From Haliotis rubra (taxonomy: Eukaryota): a stretch of 64,000 bases of DNA. The position numbers were made by a program, and so were the translations under genes. Below, in pieces: positions 25,403 to 39,043 of this stretch. The notes beneath the pieces are model-generated. The model ran no database searches. It was not told where the DNA came from and saw only the letters and a list, made by a program, of their open reading frames with translations. The first letter of the stretch is position 1, and each line of letters starts with the position of its first letter. The stretch is taken from assembly GCF_003918875.1 (NCBI RefSeq), contig NW_025765004.1:62001-126000 (forward strand). The letters are read 5' to 3'.

Positions 25403-27032
25403 TTAATATTAAATTTTCATTTAAAAGTTAAGCCCTTGTGCAAAACAGAAAGCAATGCAAACCAGACGCATGAACACTTACCAGGTTGGAGTGTTTGTAT
25501 ACATGCATGTATATGCTGGTTTCGATCATAACTGAACAATTAATTTAAATGGATTAGAATAATTAAGCGATACCATTACTATCGTTGTTTTCTACACAGT
25601 TGTAGCACACACACTAATTGAAAGTCAAAGAAAGATGACGTGTTGGATCGGATTCAGTTCAAATCGACATTATAGGACACTATTGATGAGCACGGACTTT
25701 GCACTGATTAAGTGTCACGCACCCAAATAATTCATTTTCTTGCAATGGTCTGCTTACATATTCTGTCGGACAACATGAATATTTTGAGTATTTGAAAGGC
25801 AAGGGTAAACACTGCTGTGAATTATGAAGAAAGAAGTGACTGACGAACATAAATGTCAGGGTTGACTTTTGACGTCACTGTATTCATATACATCCCAGTT
25901 TGCAATGCCAAATACACGTAGTCATGACAGAAATAGAAGTCCAACAGAAGCTTTCATGTAAAAAAATAATTAAAATTCAGGCTTTCGAGTTGTACGGTAC
26001 GCCAAAATTCAACATGGACACATACTAATATTCATACGAACGTGCAGTCGGTGCATGTTAATATTTTGCCGTTCCAAGAACAGAGACTTCATATATGAAA
26101 CAGAATGATGAGGAACCGGCTTAGGGCTGTGACCAATGGCTGTTATGTACTGTTCATGAAATTGTATGAAGTAAGATAAAATGATCTTATCAGATGCAGA
26201 ATAATTTCATTTAACGTTCTACATCATCAATTCCAAAACTCAAGCACCTTATATAGTTGTATACTGAGCAGGAGGTGCAACCTGGTTGTCTGCAACGCGA
26301 ACACTGAGTCGTGATGAGAGAAATATTTCCTGTTGCTTGCAGTCGACACACTCTCGAAGGTCGTAGTGATACTTCCAATGTCAACCCTAAGATAAGAGCA
26401 ACAGCAAAAACGTGATTTACAGCACTACACGCCAGCTCAAGAGAGAGGAAAGCCTGCAGTGTTGCAGGCCTTAAACGTTTACAACTGAACATCCATGAGT
26501 CTGGTACTGACAAACCTAACACGCAATCAACGAATACTGAATTCAATCCCTTTCCATGTGGAGCTCTGCTCCTGGCCGTTCGTGTCTTCTGCATGTCCAT
26601 GTTGATATCGTAAACCTCCACTGATTGTAATAGTGATGAATTGCCCATCGATCTATAAGGACATGAAACCTTTTGTTTTCGCAGACAATTTTATACATTT
26701 GTTTCTCATATGAAACAAATGCATTGACCACTAAAACGATCTGATAAAGGAAACGTATTGTTTCAGTATTTGAAGCCGTTTATGTTTGACATCGGTAGAT
26801 TAGACATGCAACAGTTACTGCTTTAATTTTCTCTACTTTTTCCTTTACTTTTTCTACAAGTTATTAGGACATGAACATACTTGCGTTCGTGGTGTTTCGG
26901 ATATTATCTTAAGATAATAAAAGAATAAAATACCTACTACACACTATTTTGAACATATACTTATGTACGTTCATACTTTGGGTTCTATTGACATATTCAT
27001 ATATTCCAGTCAACATGTCGGATATCCGTAGA

Positions 27033-27445
27033 TGATTACACAATGCCATTTGGAAAGTGGTCAGTTGTAACATACATGTATGTTATATTTGGGATTACAC
27101 TTTCTTAGTAAAGTACAGATTCTAGTACTTTTTGAGCTGAGTCCCATTCGGGATTCGAACCCACATCCTCAGAGTCAGGCACCTAATTGCCAGCACACAA
27201 AGTCAGCCGCCTATCCCGCTCAGCCACCGCGACTTCCACAAAAATGGAAGTGGGACAACTGGTAGTCTAGACTGCGGACTTTGTGTACCCTTCTGATAAG
27301 TGTTAATTGGCACGGCTCCCACGACCGAAAGCTATGATTACACAATGCCATTTAGAAAGTGGTCAAATGTAACATATGTTATATTTGGGATTACACTTTC
27401 TTAGAAATCTTTACTAAGAAAGTGTAATCCCAAATATAACATATC
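27033..27445 (-). repeat. tRNA-like-containing element bracketed by ~70-bp direct repeats and a terminal inverted copy
   Basis: GATTACACAATGCCATTT.GAAAGTGGTCA...TTATATTTGGGATTACACTTTCTTAG occurs at ~27033 and ~27336. An inverted copy CTAAGAAAGTGTAATCCCAAATATAACATA starts at 27415. Minus-strand A box GTGGCTGAGCGG and B box GGTTCGAATCC lie between the direct repeats. Confidence 0.7.
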
Positions 27446-27699
27446 CTAATACGACCTCATCGTGCCTTGACGTACAACCCAAGTAGGCATAACCTAATTC
27501 ATGAAGTTTATACCTGCTTGGGTGTTCCACTTTGTTTGCATCAGTTCCCTGATGTAGAGTGTTTGAAATCAGTGTAAGGAACTTGAAGTGGATCGACAGA
27601 TTTCTCAAGAGATGCCTTCACTGCTGCATCAGCTTTTCTATTACCAGCCATGCCAACATGACTTGATAACCAACAAAAGACTATGTCGAACAGGCCAGT

Positions 27700-28900
27700 A
27701 GAGAGTTCACTGTAAAGTTCTAAAATAGCGAGTATGAAGTGCCTAAAGACAGGAGAGGGAATCAGGGAAGATGATAAATTGCATATGATTGGATTGATGC
27801 TGAGTGTATTCCAAGGCTATCTGGATAGCCCTGGCTTCCGCAGTGAAAATTGAACTGTTATCAGGAATCCTGGTAGGCAATTTTTTTCATCCAACGACAG
27901 TGGCACTTGAAACAATGTCCCCATCTTTTGATCCATCTTAAAATTAGAACGATAAGTATCATATGCAGTTTGTTACTTTATATATTCCTGTTTATATATT
28001 AGTGGATTAGTGTCAGATTTTTTAGCGAAGGAAGATCTACTCCAGGCCTTACTAGTTGCCAGGGAGGAGATGGAGAGGTTATATCCAAGTCGATTTTGGC
28101 ATTGGTAATATGGGGCTTGATCCAAATTCCAACTGGCGGGACTAGTTTAGGTTTACTTTGAAACAAATCCTCATAATGGGGATGAAACAAACAATTATAG
28201 GCTGGATTGGTTGGCTTTGAGCGTAACTTAGTTACATACTGCAGGGACAATTTTAAACGACGTTGTTTGAGGGAGGGTTCGTCAGCTTCCACGAAAACAC
28301 TTTCCACAGGCGATGTCCTGAACACTCCAAGGTAGCGTCTAAGTCTCGATGATGTATGCTATTTAGGTTTGTTTAATTACTTTTGGAAGCTCCGCCATAG
28401 ACGATCGAACCGTAATGTAGTTTAGATCGAATAAGGGATCTGTACATGTGAAGAAGGGTTGCCTGACCCCGCCCCACTTAGAATTAGCAACAACTTTGAG
28501 TACATCAAGGGCCTTCAAGCACTTTTTAGGTATTTTGTATGAGATTAAAATGTTAAATGATGGTCATAAAATAACACCTAAGAATTTGGTCTCTTCCACA
28601 ACCTTAAAAAGGTGTTGCCATCTAAAAATAATTCTGGATCTTTATGCGATCGATAATGCCTATTAAAAATGTATGCAATTGGTTTTCGTTTTAGAAACAA
28701 AAACATTTCTGGATTTGATTGAGACACGGCTGCAATTGTCTTTCAATTGTGCGCATATCTTTGCACGACAAGATATGTTAAAATCGTCAATAAAAAGTGA
28801 TCCATCAATGGAGTCATTTAATACCTTAGACAGGCTGTTTATTTTGATGCGAAATAACGTTGCAGATAAGATACTACCCTGTGGGACACCGGTTTTGACT
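27700..28900 (-). mobile_element. Degenerate I/Nimb-clade LINE fragment (RT C-terminus to RNase H)
   Basis: GVPQGSILSATLF, SLFIDDFNI, SKTKTNCIHF, KFLGVIYD, FRTSPVESVFVEADEPSLKQRR, then DGSK of an RNase H-like region; many stops. Confidence 0.85.
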
Positions 28901-29714
28901 CTGAGACACCCATGGCACCCGAAGAAAGGACATGTCAAATATGTGGAACTCGCTAAAGAAATTTTACGCCTGCATCGCAAGTACCAAGGTGTCCGACTCC
29001 CCATTGTTCTCGGTGCCTTGGTTTGGTACCTCCTGATTTCTTGGCGCAGACCAGGTAAGTGTCAGGGTTCTTCACCGGGAGCACAGCCCTGACACTCTAT
29101 GGAAAGAGCATCTGGAATGATGGAGAGTCTTCATATTCTCTGAAAAGGTCTTGGTGGGTTTAACTTGAAAGCGCTTAAATGGACCAAGGCTCCTGAACTG
29201 ATGACGAGCCCAACTAGGCTGACTCCCAGGATCACCCGGACACCAACAGCTATATGTATTTATTTCAGTCTGTAAATATTCATAGCAATAATTAATCACT
29301 GTTTGCCTGTACGTATTGATTCACTGGTCAAGATTGAAATAATTTCCTCGAACCAGAGTTCGCTTGTCAGGATATGTGTTTCCTGCTCCACACTTTTAAA
29401 ATGAGTTTCAATTTCCTCCTGCAAAACACATCATACTGATATGTAGCGTTCACGGCTATTCGGAACTACTTACATGCAACATTTTACTTGAGGTAAGTGT
29501 TGTTACTAATAATATATAAAATGTATGTGTAATCGTGGAGGACATTTTCATTTATTCTTTATGAATTTAGCATTTAATGTCATTATGTCTATTTACAAAC
29601 ATATACATTGTATTGTATTGTGTCATGCATTTCGGGTTCACTTTCACAATACCTGAAACACAGACCGTGGTGTAGCCACCATAATCTCTTCAAAATAGAA
29701 ATATGTTTTTCAGG

Positions 29715-32074
29715 ATGATTCTCGCGGCAACGGTTTTCATCATAGCCGCCTTGATTGACATGCCATCGATTGCTTTAAGCAGTAAGTTACTTATTGTGCT
29801 CCACAACCAATGACGTACACATTAGAGCACTGTAATGGGTGTAATGGATGTAACATTTCCTGTAACTTTGTGCCATTTAAAAGCAACTAAAACGTATAAT
29901 TACCTTAAAATTTACATTGAAATCACTTTATGTGACAGAGCTTGTGGTCTGTTTCAGCCCACTGTGTAGAGGGAAGTCACTGCAAGGACGATAAGTGCGG
30001 GGATCTTGGGTGTTTGAATGGATGCGAGGAAGGCTACTTTGGCCCGCACTGTACAAACAACTGCAGTTCTGGATGCAAGGACGGCACATGTGATTCTTCA
30101 GGAAAAGCTTGTATCGGCGACTGCATAGACGGTCGGTGGGGCACAGTTTGTAGGCTGACTTGTTTCAGTTCATGCAAGACATGCGCTAAGGACAATGGTT
30201 CGGACTGTACATCATGTGAAGAATATAGATACGGCCCACAGTGTGGACAATCCTGTTCTTCCAAGTGTCCCAACCGTGGCTGTGATGTTAACGGAAGGTG
30301 TAAAAGCAGATGTGGCGACAGATGTAAGGTTTGCAATGATGTTACACAAGAGTGTGATGGATGCAAGCGTGGTACGTTTGGCCCTGTCTGCCAGTGGAGG
30401 TGTAATGTTAACTGTGCTGATGAGATATGCCATCAAGAAACAGCAAACTGTTCGATTGGATGCAAAGATGAGTATTTTGGACCGAAGTGTGAGTACCGGT
30501 GTAATGAACAGTGTTTCCAGGGTAAATGCGAGCAGGGGACGGGGATGTGTGTACAGGGATGTAGACGAGGATACTACGGACCTCTCTGTATATTGCCTTG
30601 TGATTCATGCCTGTCCGATATTTGCGATAATTCGTCTGGAGAATGCTTGAAAGGCTGCAAGATGGGCTTCTTCGGCAAGGGATGCAAGAACAGATGTGAT
30701 GATAATTGTATCAGCGGATATTGTTCCAGATTCGATGGTGTTTGCTATCAACCCGAAGGTAAATAGACAAATATATTCTGAGGTGACCGTCTCCATGTTC
30801 TCTTTAACGGTGTGATGGTTACCTAAAACCAATTACGTTTAACGATTCAGTCGGTGTGTGTGCATGCTTGCGTTTGTGTTGATGCGTTTGTGTTAAAGCC
30901 TCACTGACCAATATCCAAACTAAATGAAAACGACCTGTACAGAAACCTAGTCTGGACCAGGCTATCAAGTGATTGATATTATGAGTAACGATCCACACCA
31001 TGCCATCAGCACTGTGACCGAGCCTGATCATCCGACCCAACACAGGTTGCTAGGTACAAATTCTAACACGGTGTCTGTCATTTTACTTCCAGTTCCTGTA
31101 GCTCCCAACTCCACACCCGGAATGTCCCATGGCAGCAATTACTGGATGTACATTGTCGGGGGTTGTATCGGGATCCTTCTATGTTCTGCAGTGTGTTTCC
31201 TGGTCTTTAGGTATGTTATTTATATTATGTGTCTACAAGCTGTAATACTGACAGCTTAATGTTCAAGACGCGCCACACACTGATTACAGTCACTCAGCTT
31301 CTACTCATTCTGGGGGTAATTTCCATCAATGTGTGGGGTATTTTCTGTCTATTACATGTAGTTACGGTAGAATACATCACTAAATTTTGTCATGTTGAAT
31401 TTTACACTTGCAATGAAACTGAAATCCAAAAGTAATCATCATGGATTTTGTCAGAAATAAACTGCGCATGTAAAAAACTATTTTAAAAGTCCTTTTTGTT
31501 TTGTTTGTCATTTTCCATGTTTTGACTTAAGCTAAATACAGTATCCGTTTCTTACAGGTATGGTGGCCGCATTCGTGGTAGCCATCAACGAAGAGGTAGG
31601 TTCCGACAAAGTACGCCTCTACCGCCTGTACCGCCTGTACCCATCCCGCATGATGACCTGTATGACGAGTTGGATGTTGGACACTCGGACACCGATAGCA
31701 GACCGTCGGGATTGGACGAGGCAGGAAACGCGCATGTTGACTTGCCTGGAGATATGTCCAGTATGAGTGATGATAAACACAACAGCGATTCAGTGAGGGT
31801 CAGTGCTTTCGGAAATGTTTGCCCGAAGTTTCCTGGTCAAGAAACTAAGAGCGAGATGCCTCATGTCCAGATGACATGGTTGACGGAGACAGGCCCTACT
31901 GCTGTAGAGGCCAAGGGTCCTGACAAAGCCGCATCCATTGATGTGACATGCGATAATACATCCACTCACCTTGATGAGGGACTTCACTTCAACCCATCTT
32001 ACACGAGTCTGGGTGGTAGGTCCAGACCTTCGAGAAATTATTTATCTCCAGTCGAGGAATATATTAAAGCGTAA
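29715..32074 (+). CDS. Complete multiple-EGF single-pass receptor D (MEGF10/SREC/Draper-like), 500 aa; exons 29715-29781, 29958-30758, 31093-31210, 31558-32074
   Basis: Signal MILAATVFIIAALIDMPSIALS; Cys-rich EGF repeats in one exon; TM YWMYIVGGCIGILLCSAVCFLVF; tail with PLPPVPPVP, LYDEL, NPSYTSL, NYLSPV. All introns are GT-AG with phases 1,1,2, and the exons sum to 1503 nt without internal stops. Confidence 0.92.
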
Positions 32075-34931
32075 CAACCCTTATGTAGTTTCACCTCAGA
32101 CCTGAATGAGCAGGACATGTTTATACGGCAATATGAAACTCAAGACGATATTCACGTTTCAAACTTGTTGTGCATTGCATATCTGCTTCCCGCTACATAT
32201 CCTTGTAACCCATGTGTGTATATATACTTTAGGAAGTGAGAGGACATTTCCTATTAAGGGTGAAAGGGTGTTGTGATTCATATTATCGTTATCCCAACAC
32301 GGGTACGGTCAAGGCAAGCATAATCACTGAATCATTCACTTCTCCAAACTAAATTTGTCCTTCAGTGGATTTATACAACTGTACATTGCAACAAGGATGA
32401 TATTGTGAGATTGCTCTGATGTGAATGGCCCACATTTCAAAAGTTTCAACGCATCTGCATTCACTCATTCCTTCAAGTGATTGATATTCTGAGCAACTAC
32501 CCACGCTATCGAGGTGCAATGACAGAACCAACCAAGTCGCCGAGCTTGTGGACATTTTCTTCGACTCAGACGTCAGACGAGTGCTAGGGAACCAGCATAA
32601 CACGGGTTCCAACTAAGCATTCTCACCTGTCGACTTTACAGACAATACCAGCGCCTTGAGCATGTACTAGTTGCGTTGATATGTGCGCTATATAAATATC
32701 ATATAATAAAAATAAATGTTCCAGGGTTGATGTATCTTCCTGCATGGATATTCATGGATAATAAATTATGTGGCAATAACTAAATTCTGATACATGTGCG
32801 TGTGAATGATTGTAATGAAAGTCAGATTTGGGAGACACCAATGCTGTATCATACATGTGACTGCACATTGGTAAACAGTCTGTGAGAGGAGCGGATGTGA
32901 AGCATGTCCGCCTGTAAGTCTTCCTGTCGGTATATGCCGTGGCGGGTGAGTCTGCCCCGGTACAAATTCCCAAGCTTCCGTTTGTGATCTCTCACTGGTT
33001 TACTGGCTATAAATATTTGCCCTTCTTTTGTGAGATGTTTTAAAATAAACAAATCCCGTGTGTTTTGAGTGAATCATCACTCTATATCGAATACTCATAC
33101 GGGGTGTTTTATTTCCTGGTGATGGTAATGTAGAATGTTCTCTCACTAATGACAGCGTCAGGTACAAATTCTTTATGCAGAAAGGCTACAATCACATGTG
33201 TTTTATCACACGTTAACTCTGTCACACAATGTCCATCGATGTTGATATGGAGACATATCGGGGATCTAATCGTATCAACACAGGAGACACCGGTTGCAAG
33301 GAATACTGCATGCTCTTCATGACACTGGTGTTATGGTGATTCCAGATTAACCTGTCACTTCCTGGTTGGGATGTATGACAATGACAATTCAATACCGTGA
33401 GGGAATTCTTGTGTAAAGAACAGAGCTCAAACATTGATAAAATGATTAAATTATTTTCATACAATAAATAACACACATATAACCCGCTAACAAGGTAAGA
33501 CAAACACTAGGAATCATTTAAAAGATTAATATTGGCGGGAACAAAGGATTTCATGGCACGATTGGATTTAAAACGGGGTACATTATAACGGCGCCCAGAA
33601 GGCAGTAACTTATACTCGTATGTATGTGAGATATCAAACAATTATTGTCTGGTGATCATCAATCTTGACGTGTGATGTCGTGTGTATGCAGGTGTTTGTC
33701 GTGTGTGTGTAGTATTAGTTCTACTCGTTCCTAAAACACTAGAAGTGCACGTGTGTAATGGCATTATGTCATCAGGGTTGGTGAGAACGCCATGAAGAGT
33801 TAACACATCAGCAGTACCAATAGTGGTTGTAACTGTAATTGTTACTGCTATCACGTATCTGCCCAAAAATGAAGGGTTGAGTTGCAACAGACCTTCAGCA
33901 ACTCATGCTTGTCGTAAGAGGCGACGTACAGGATCGGGTGGTCAGGCTCGCTGGCTTGGTTGTTTCATAACATCGTATTCCAGTTGCGTAGGTCGAAGCG
34001 TGTGATGATCACTGGATTATCTGGTCCAGACTCGATTATTTACAACCCGTCGCATATATCTCTAGAATTGCAGGGTGTGGAGGTAAACAAACAAACTATC
34101 CATTACAGAAACTCAGTTGTGAAGGAACACGTAACAGAGTGGGAGGAGTGGCCTCCCTTACTAAGGTACTCGATCTTGTTATTATTCACACTTCAGAGCT
34201 TATGGTGGTTCGTGGAACACATATACTTATTATATAACCCTTTCAATGCTAAGGTAACGTGTTTCACTGTTGACGTGATACAATTACAAAGGTCCTCAGA
34301 TCGACACAGTCGCTCACTGACATTCACCGTACATGTCTCAAAGAGGGTAAATTATTTTTGTTCATATTGAACTGGGATTTGTGTATGAAATGATAACAAA
34401 ACACTACTAGAACTAGAAATGATATACGTATTTGTAAAGATCTAGATTCAAGTTATGTTACGTAACTTTTATGACTTTAAAGAGATGTATCCTAGAAGAA
34501 ATATACTACTCCCACTATATATAAGAGAGAGGGAGAGAGAATATAGAATCCCTCTTGTTTATGACAATTCGGTACAGTTGAATCTTGTTCACGGGATTCT
34601 GCATAAGAGTCAGAATGTTTGTCTGAATGTCAATGATAGAACATCTCCGTTATCCCGTGGAACAATACGACCTAAGCTATTGACTACCTAATCTGACAGG
34701 CAACAACATTCTACATGCCTTATTCCTCAGTCAGAAGTGGAATTACATCAGTACATCTTTATATTTACGTCTGTAGTTCACACAGTCATAAGCTTGTGAA
34801 GATTCCTACTCCGGTAAACTCGCATAAAATAAACATCTATTCGTAAACATCATTTGTACAGACTTGCATAGGTATCAGAATGTCTCACTGGTCCTGTCGG
34901 TTGTCTCCCTTCCCTCGTCGGCTCTACAGTA

Positions 34932-35453
34932 TATTATTAGTATTATTATAGGATATTTATATAGCGCACATATCCATGTATCTAATACATGCTCAAGGCG
35001 CTGACATTTTTTCCCCTCGATCACTGGATGTCAATCTCAACGGCACATCGTATTATCAATCTCAACTCCCCAGGGATCATACAACTCTTGCAGCCACTAG
35101 GCGCACCGAGTTATTGCGGTTTTTTCATCCTTACGAGGTACCCATTCAAAGCTGGGTGGACTGGGACACATAGTCACAGTACTTTGTCCAAGTTCACTGC
35201 ACGTTGCTGTACCCGCAACTAGGTGTTTGCACGTATTCATGTGGCCACCATCTGGTCAAATACCAACGGATTCGTGGGTTCTATTAAGTGCACAGGGTTG
35301 TGTACTGTACACTAGGGGTTGTGACAACACTGAAAGAGTCTGCACACAAAGTTGACTCCAAGGTTTTACACCCGGTCACAGGTGGGCTCGATCCCGTCAC
35401 CTCAAGCTCGCTGGATCAGTAGCCTGGTGCCTTAGCCAGCTCGCCCACTTGCC
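34932..35453 (-). mobile_element. tRNA-headed SINE with L2-like 3' tail (MESC/Snail-like)
   Basis: tRNA-like head at ~35450-35385, central GGAGTCAACTTTGTGTGCAGACTC, and tail AGCGCCTTGAGCAT...TGTGCGCTATATAAAT followed by TAA repeats. The same tail occurs at 32650-32710 (+). Confidence 0.7.
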
Positions 35454-36055
35454 TAGTCAAGTTATTATACCACAGTCACAACGATTCCACATAAAGACAA
35501 ACACCGAAGTTGGAGTAGTTTGAGGACATACGTGCACTTTCCGAGAACTCCTGGTCTCATTGGTGATCTTCTGTGTCCCATTCATGTAACTCACCACAAG
35601 CGTAGCCTCTGTATAGCCTCAACGTAGTGGAGTCTGTATAATCTCTGGCATTTACGTTATACTGATATAACATGAGAACATCTGTGAAACCTCTATTCTG
35701 AGACCGTGATCCAGGAATATTTGAATGTTTTGCATATCAGAGGAATCCTTTTTAAGGCGGCATCAAGTTCGCCCAGTTACAATACAAAACTACTGTTTAG
35801 CAGCACTATGGTAATCGGTGATTATTTCTGAACATCGTTATCAAAATTTCATTTTTTATTTTATATTTATTAAAGGATGCAGAGTGTTTACTTACCCCTG
35901 GATGAAATTCCAGCAAACCGACTTCATCACCAACATCCAGCTCTCTACAAAGCCTCTGTAGCATGTTGGGTAATGATGATACAAAACGTATATAGTGTAC
36001 GCATACAAACTGTGGAAGTGTGTTGTTGTTTTTTGTTGCTGTTGTTTTTGCTTTG

Positions 36056-36058
<3 letters not shown>

Positions 36059-36108
<50 letters not shown>
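36059..36108. repeat. Compound (GT)n(GA)n microsatellite
   Basis: Directly visible. Confidence 0.95.
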
Positions 36109-37175
36109 GGGGGGTATTAATGGGTGCGTTTATGTCGCACAAAAGACATAGGCATAGGTAAACTAATTTGTTAGGTACAACTAGATGGCACACCTATCTA
36201 GTTTGCTGTTTATATCTTATCATCAGCCAAATGCTCGGATAGTCTCCCCTTGTTTTAACTGGAGAAACGCTCACTGTTAAGACAGCATTTACTTGATAAC
36301 TTCCCACTTAGTAACCAGTCACTTCCAGCAGGTGAATGTACTGAATTAGACAGACATCAAGATAGTCAACGCTGAACATTTTATTTTCATAAGCATAGCA
36401 AAGCTTTCAAGAGACCGTTGTTTCAAGGACACCTTGCATGCACTGGTAGTTTCACTACAGCCGTAGTCTGTCTCGCCCTGCGCTGCTGAGGTATGATTAC
36501 ACACAGTGACACAACCACGTGACTCAGTTTTAAAAAGCCGAATGTCATCAACGACACAGTAAACGGGTGTATTGAGTTCATTTTTAGCAACACGCTACTC
36601 CTCTCTTACACAACCTGACCTCGTTATATTGTTTTTCAACAATGCAGTCTGTAACAGCTCTACGTGAATGTGGGTTTTGAGTGAATTGTTTTGGTTTTAC
36701 GTTTTTCAGTAGAACTGGACAAATCAACAAAACAGTTGAAGTTTTGGCCTTGTAAGGATATGTTAGCATACAAGAAAATGTAAAGCTCTTTTCTGAGTTT
36801 AATTTGCCATTCTCATACAGACGAAAATCATAATATAAAGGGTTTATGGGACGTCATACAATAAGATGGGTGTCAATTTCACAAATAAGCGGTCTTGGTG
36901 TACACATGCATCACACACATGCACTCAAACAAAACCGGGGATATTTAAGGCAAACACCTCCATGGCCAACTTGGCTGTGCAGCATTCTTTGGATATTTCA
37001 TATGAAAATTAAGATAAATATTACATGGGGCAGACGTAATGTACAAATTTGAGACATGAGAAAAGATGCATTGTTATTCTTTCAAATGATTTCTCGTTGA
37101 TGAGACAAAATTGAAATACACCCAATGCAGTTGAGAATGTGGCTTGTTTCTTATGTCTATCTACTCCTTTATCTA

Positions 37176-37346
37176 AGGGGCGGTGGGGTAGCCTAGTGGT
37201 TAAAGCGTTGGCTCGTCACGCCAAAGACCCGGGTTCGAATCCCCACATGGGTACAATGTGTGAAGCCCATTTCTGGTGTCCCCCGCCGTGATGTTGCTGG
37301 AATATTGCTAAAAGCGGCGTAAAACCAAACTCAGTCAGTCAGTCAG
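37176..37346 (+). mobile_element. Full-length tRNA-derived SINE with 11-bp TSD
   Basis: Head GGGGCGGTGGGGTAGCCTAGTGGTTAAAGCG...GGTTCGAATCCC, (CAGT)n tail, TSD TCCTTTATCTA at 37165-37175 and 37347-37357. Partial or decayed copies at 56104-56196 and ~56775-56900. Confidence 0.92.
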
Positions 37347-39043
37347 TCCTTTATCTAGGTTATACAATACTGGTTAAGAAAAATGAATATGCCGGTTGTA
37401 TCATAATGTTATTGTATCATTTAAATGGCAAAATAAATATATTTCAGACAATTACCATTAAATGTGGTCATGACTATGTAGAGAATGAAACAAATGTAAA
37501 TTTTTATTCTCAGTTTCTGAATCCCTCCACAAGAGGTTAAAGGATACGCACTTGCAACACTTGTGTCAATCTCTATCGCCATTCCAAAAATGTATGTATT
37601 GCGAAATATAATCTTTTGAAGGACAATATATTAATTTAATGATATGTTTTAGGTATGCTCTATCAAAATGCATCTCTTCATCACATACACTTTGGCCAAT
37701 ATACTGACATATCATGGAAAGAGAGAAGAGATACTCAATGCAACCCGATGAAGTTATCAATATGTATTGCTTTCTCTTTGCATGTCCTTTATATTCTCAG
37801 TTCAGGATCATACACAATCTAAAGACAATGTGCATACACAAATATGTATAGTTCATTTTTTGTTTGGACAAACTATTTTACGAACCATGGAATGTTGACA
37901 ACACAATATAACACATACCATCCACAGTTATGTAATTGTATCTTGCCACTGGCCAAAACGACTTCTTCACTTGCTGCTGCAAAAGCAACAATCAACACTT
38001 TCTGAACCCATAAACAGGTTACAAATTCATATTAAATGACACATTATGCCATTGCATATACACAAATAAATATTTATTAAATAGTAATAATCTTTGATTC
38101 TGAATTCCATGTGATCGCAACCAAATGATTAATGCTGGACTGTGTTGAGTTTTTCCATCACAAAGGATAATAAGTTTATTCCATATAGAATATAATGCTT
38201 AATCATAGGTCCAAGTTTTGTGCAGAATATTTGACCTTTCGCTCAGTGTGCGAAATGGTTTCCAGATTTTGCTAGCCAGTCGGGCAAGCTATGCCTGAAA
38301 GTTACAAGCCCACAAAATAATTCACTAGCCCGAAATTTGAAAGTAGAAAAATATTACAAAAATAGATGAGATTGAATATGATATTGTCGGCATACTCCCA
38401 AAGCACGCAATTTCCATCCTTAATAGAGTCCACAGCATATCGTTGCTAATATCCAAATCCACACCCACTTGCTGAGATAGACTGTCAAGGAACCTATAAA
38501 TATAAAATGACATCATGAAATACATGACATGGCCACATTCTATCCGCACACTTTATGAGCAACCATTTTCATTCAAAATTACTTAAACACTCTTGATAGT
38601 TATGTTTAATCCATATCTATAATATACATCAAGATTTATTAGTAAATTTGAAAATGTTGAAGGATGAACCTTTATGAAGTTTATTCTCCTTTTTTTATAA
38701 ATTCAGTGAAGACATGTTATTTAACAGCACTGTCCGCAACATTCCAGCCAAGTCACGCTGGCCCGTTGAAATAGCTGAATCTCGGCCATAACTAACAGAA
38801 GTCGGAACTATGGAATCTTTAATCGAGACAGAATCAGAATATTGTCTTCGTCTCGGCTTTAAAATCACAAAAATAACCTCGTGATGGGACGACCAAGGAA
38901 TTGTTTCTGAATGCATCCATACCTTAAGCGTATCCGGGTAACAGTTAATTTCTAGACGTATATATTGGGAGCGGATGTTTATGACACCGTAACATCGTAA
39001 GTAATGGAAATGGACAAGGTCTGTGTATTTAGGGATGACTCAC

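Noticed and set aside
37177-37250. Functional tRNA genes (also ~21990-22063, 56125-56196, 63500-63573)
   Set aside because: Each tRNA-like head continues into a SINE body, and the 37176 copy has a tail and TSD; these are SINE heads.
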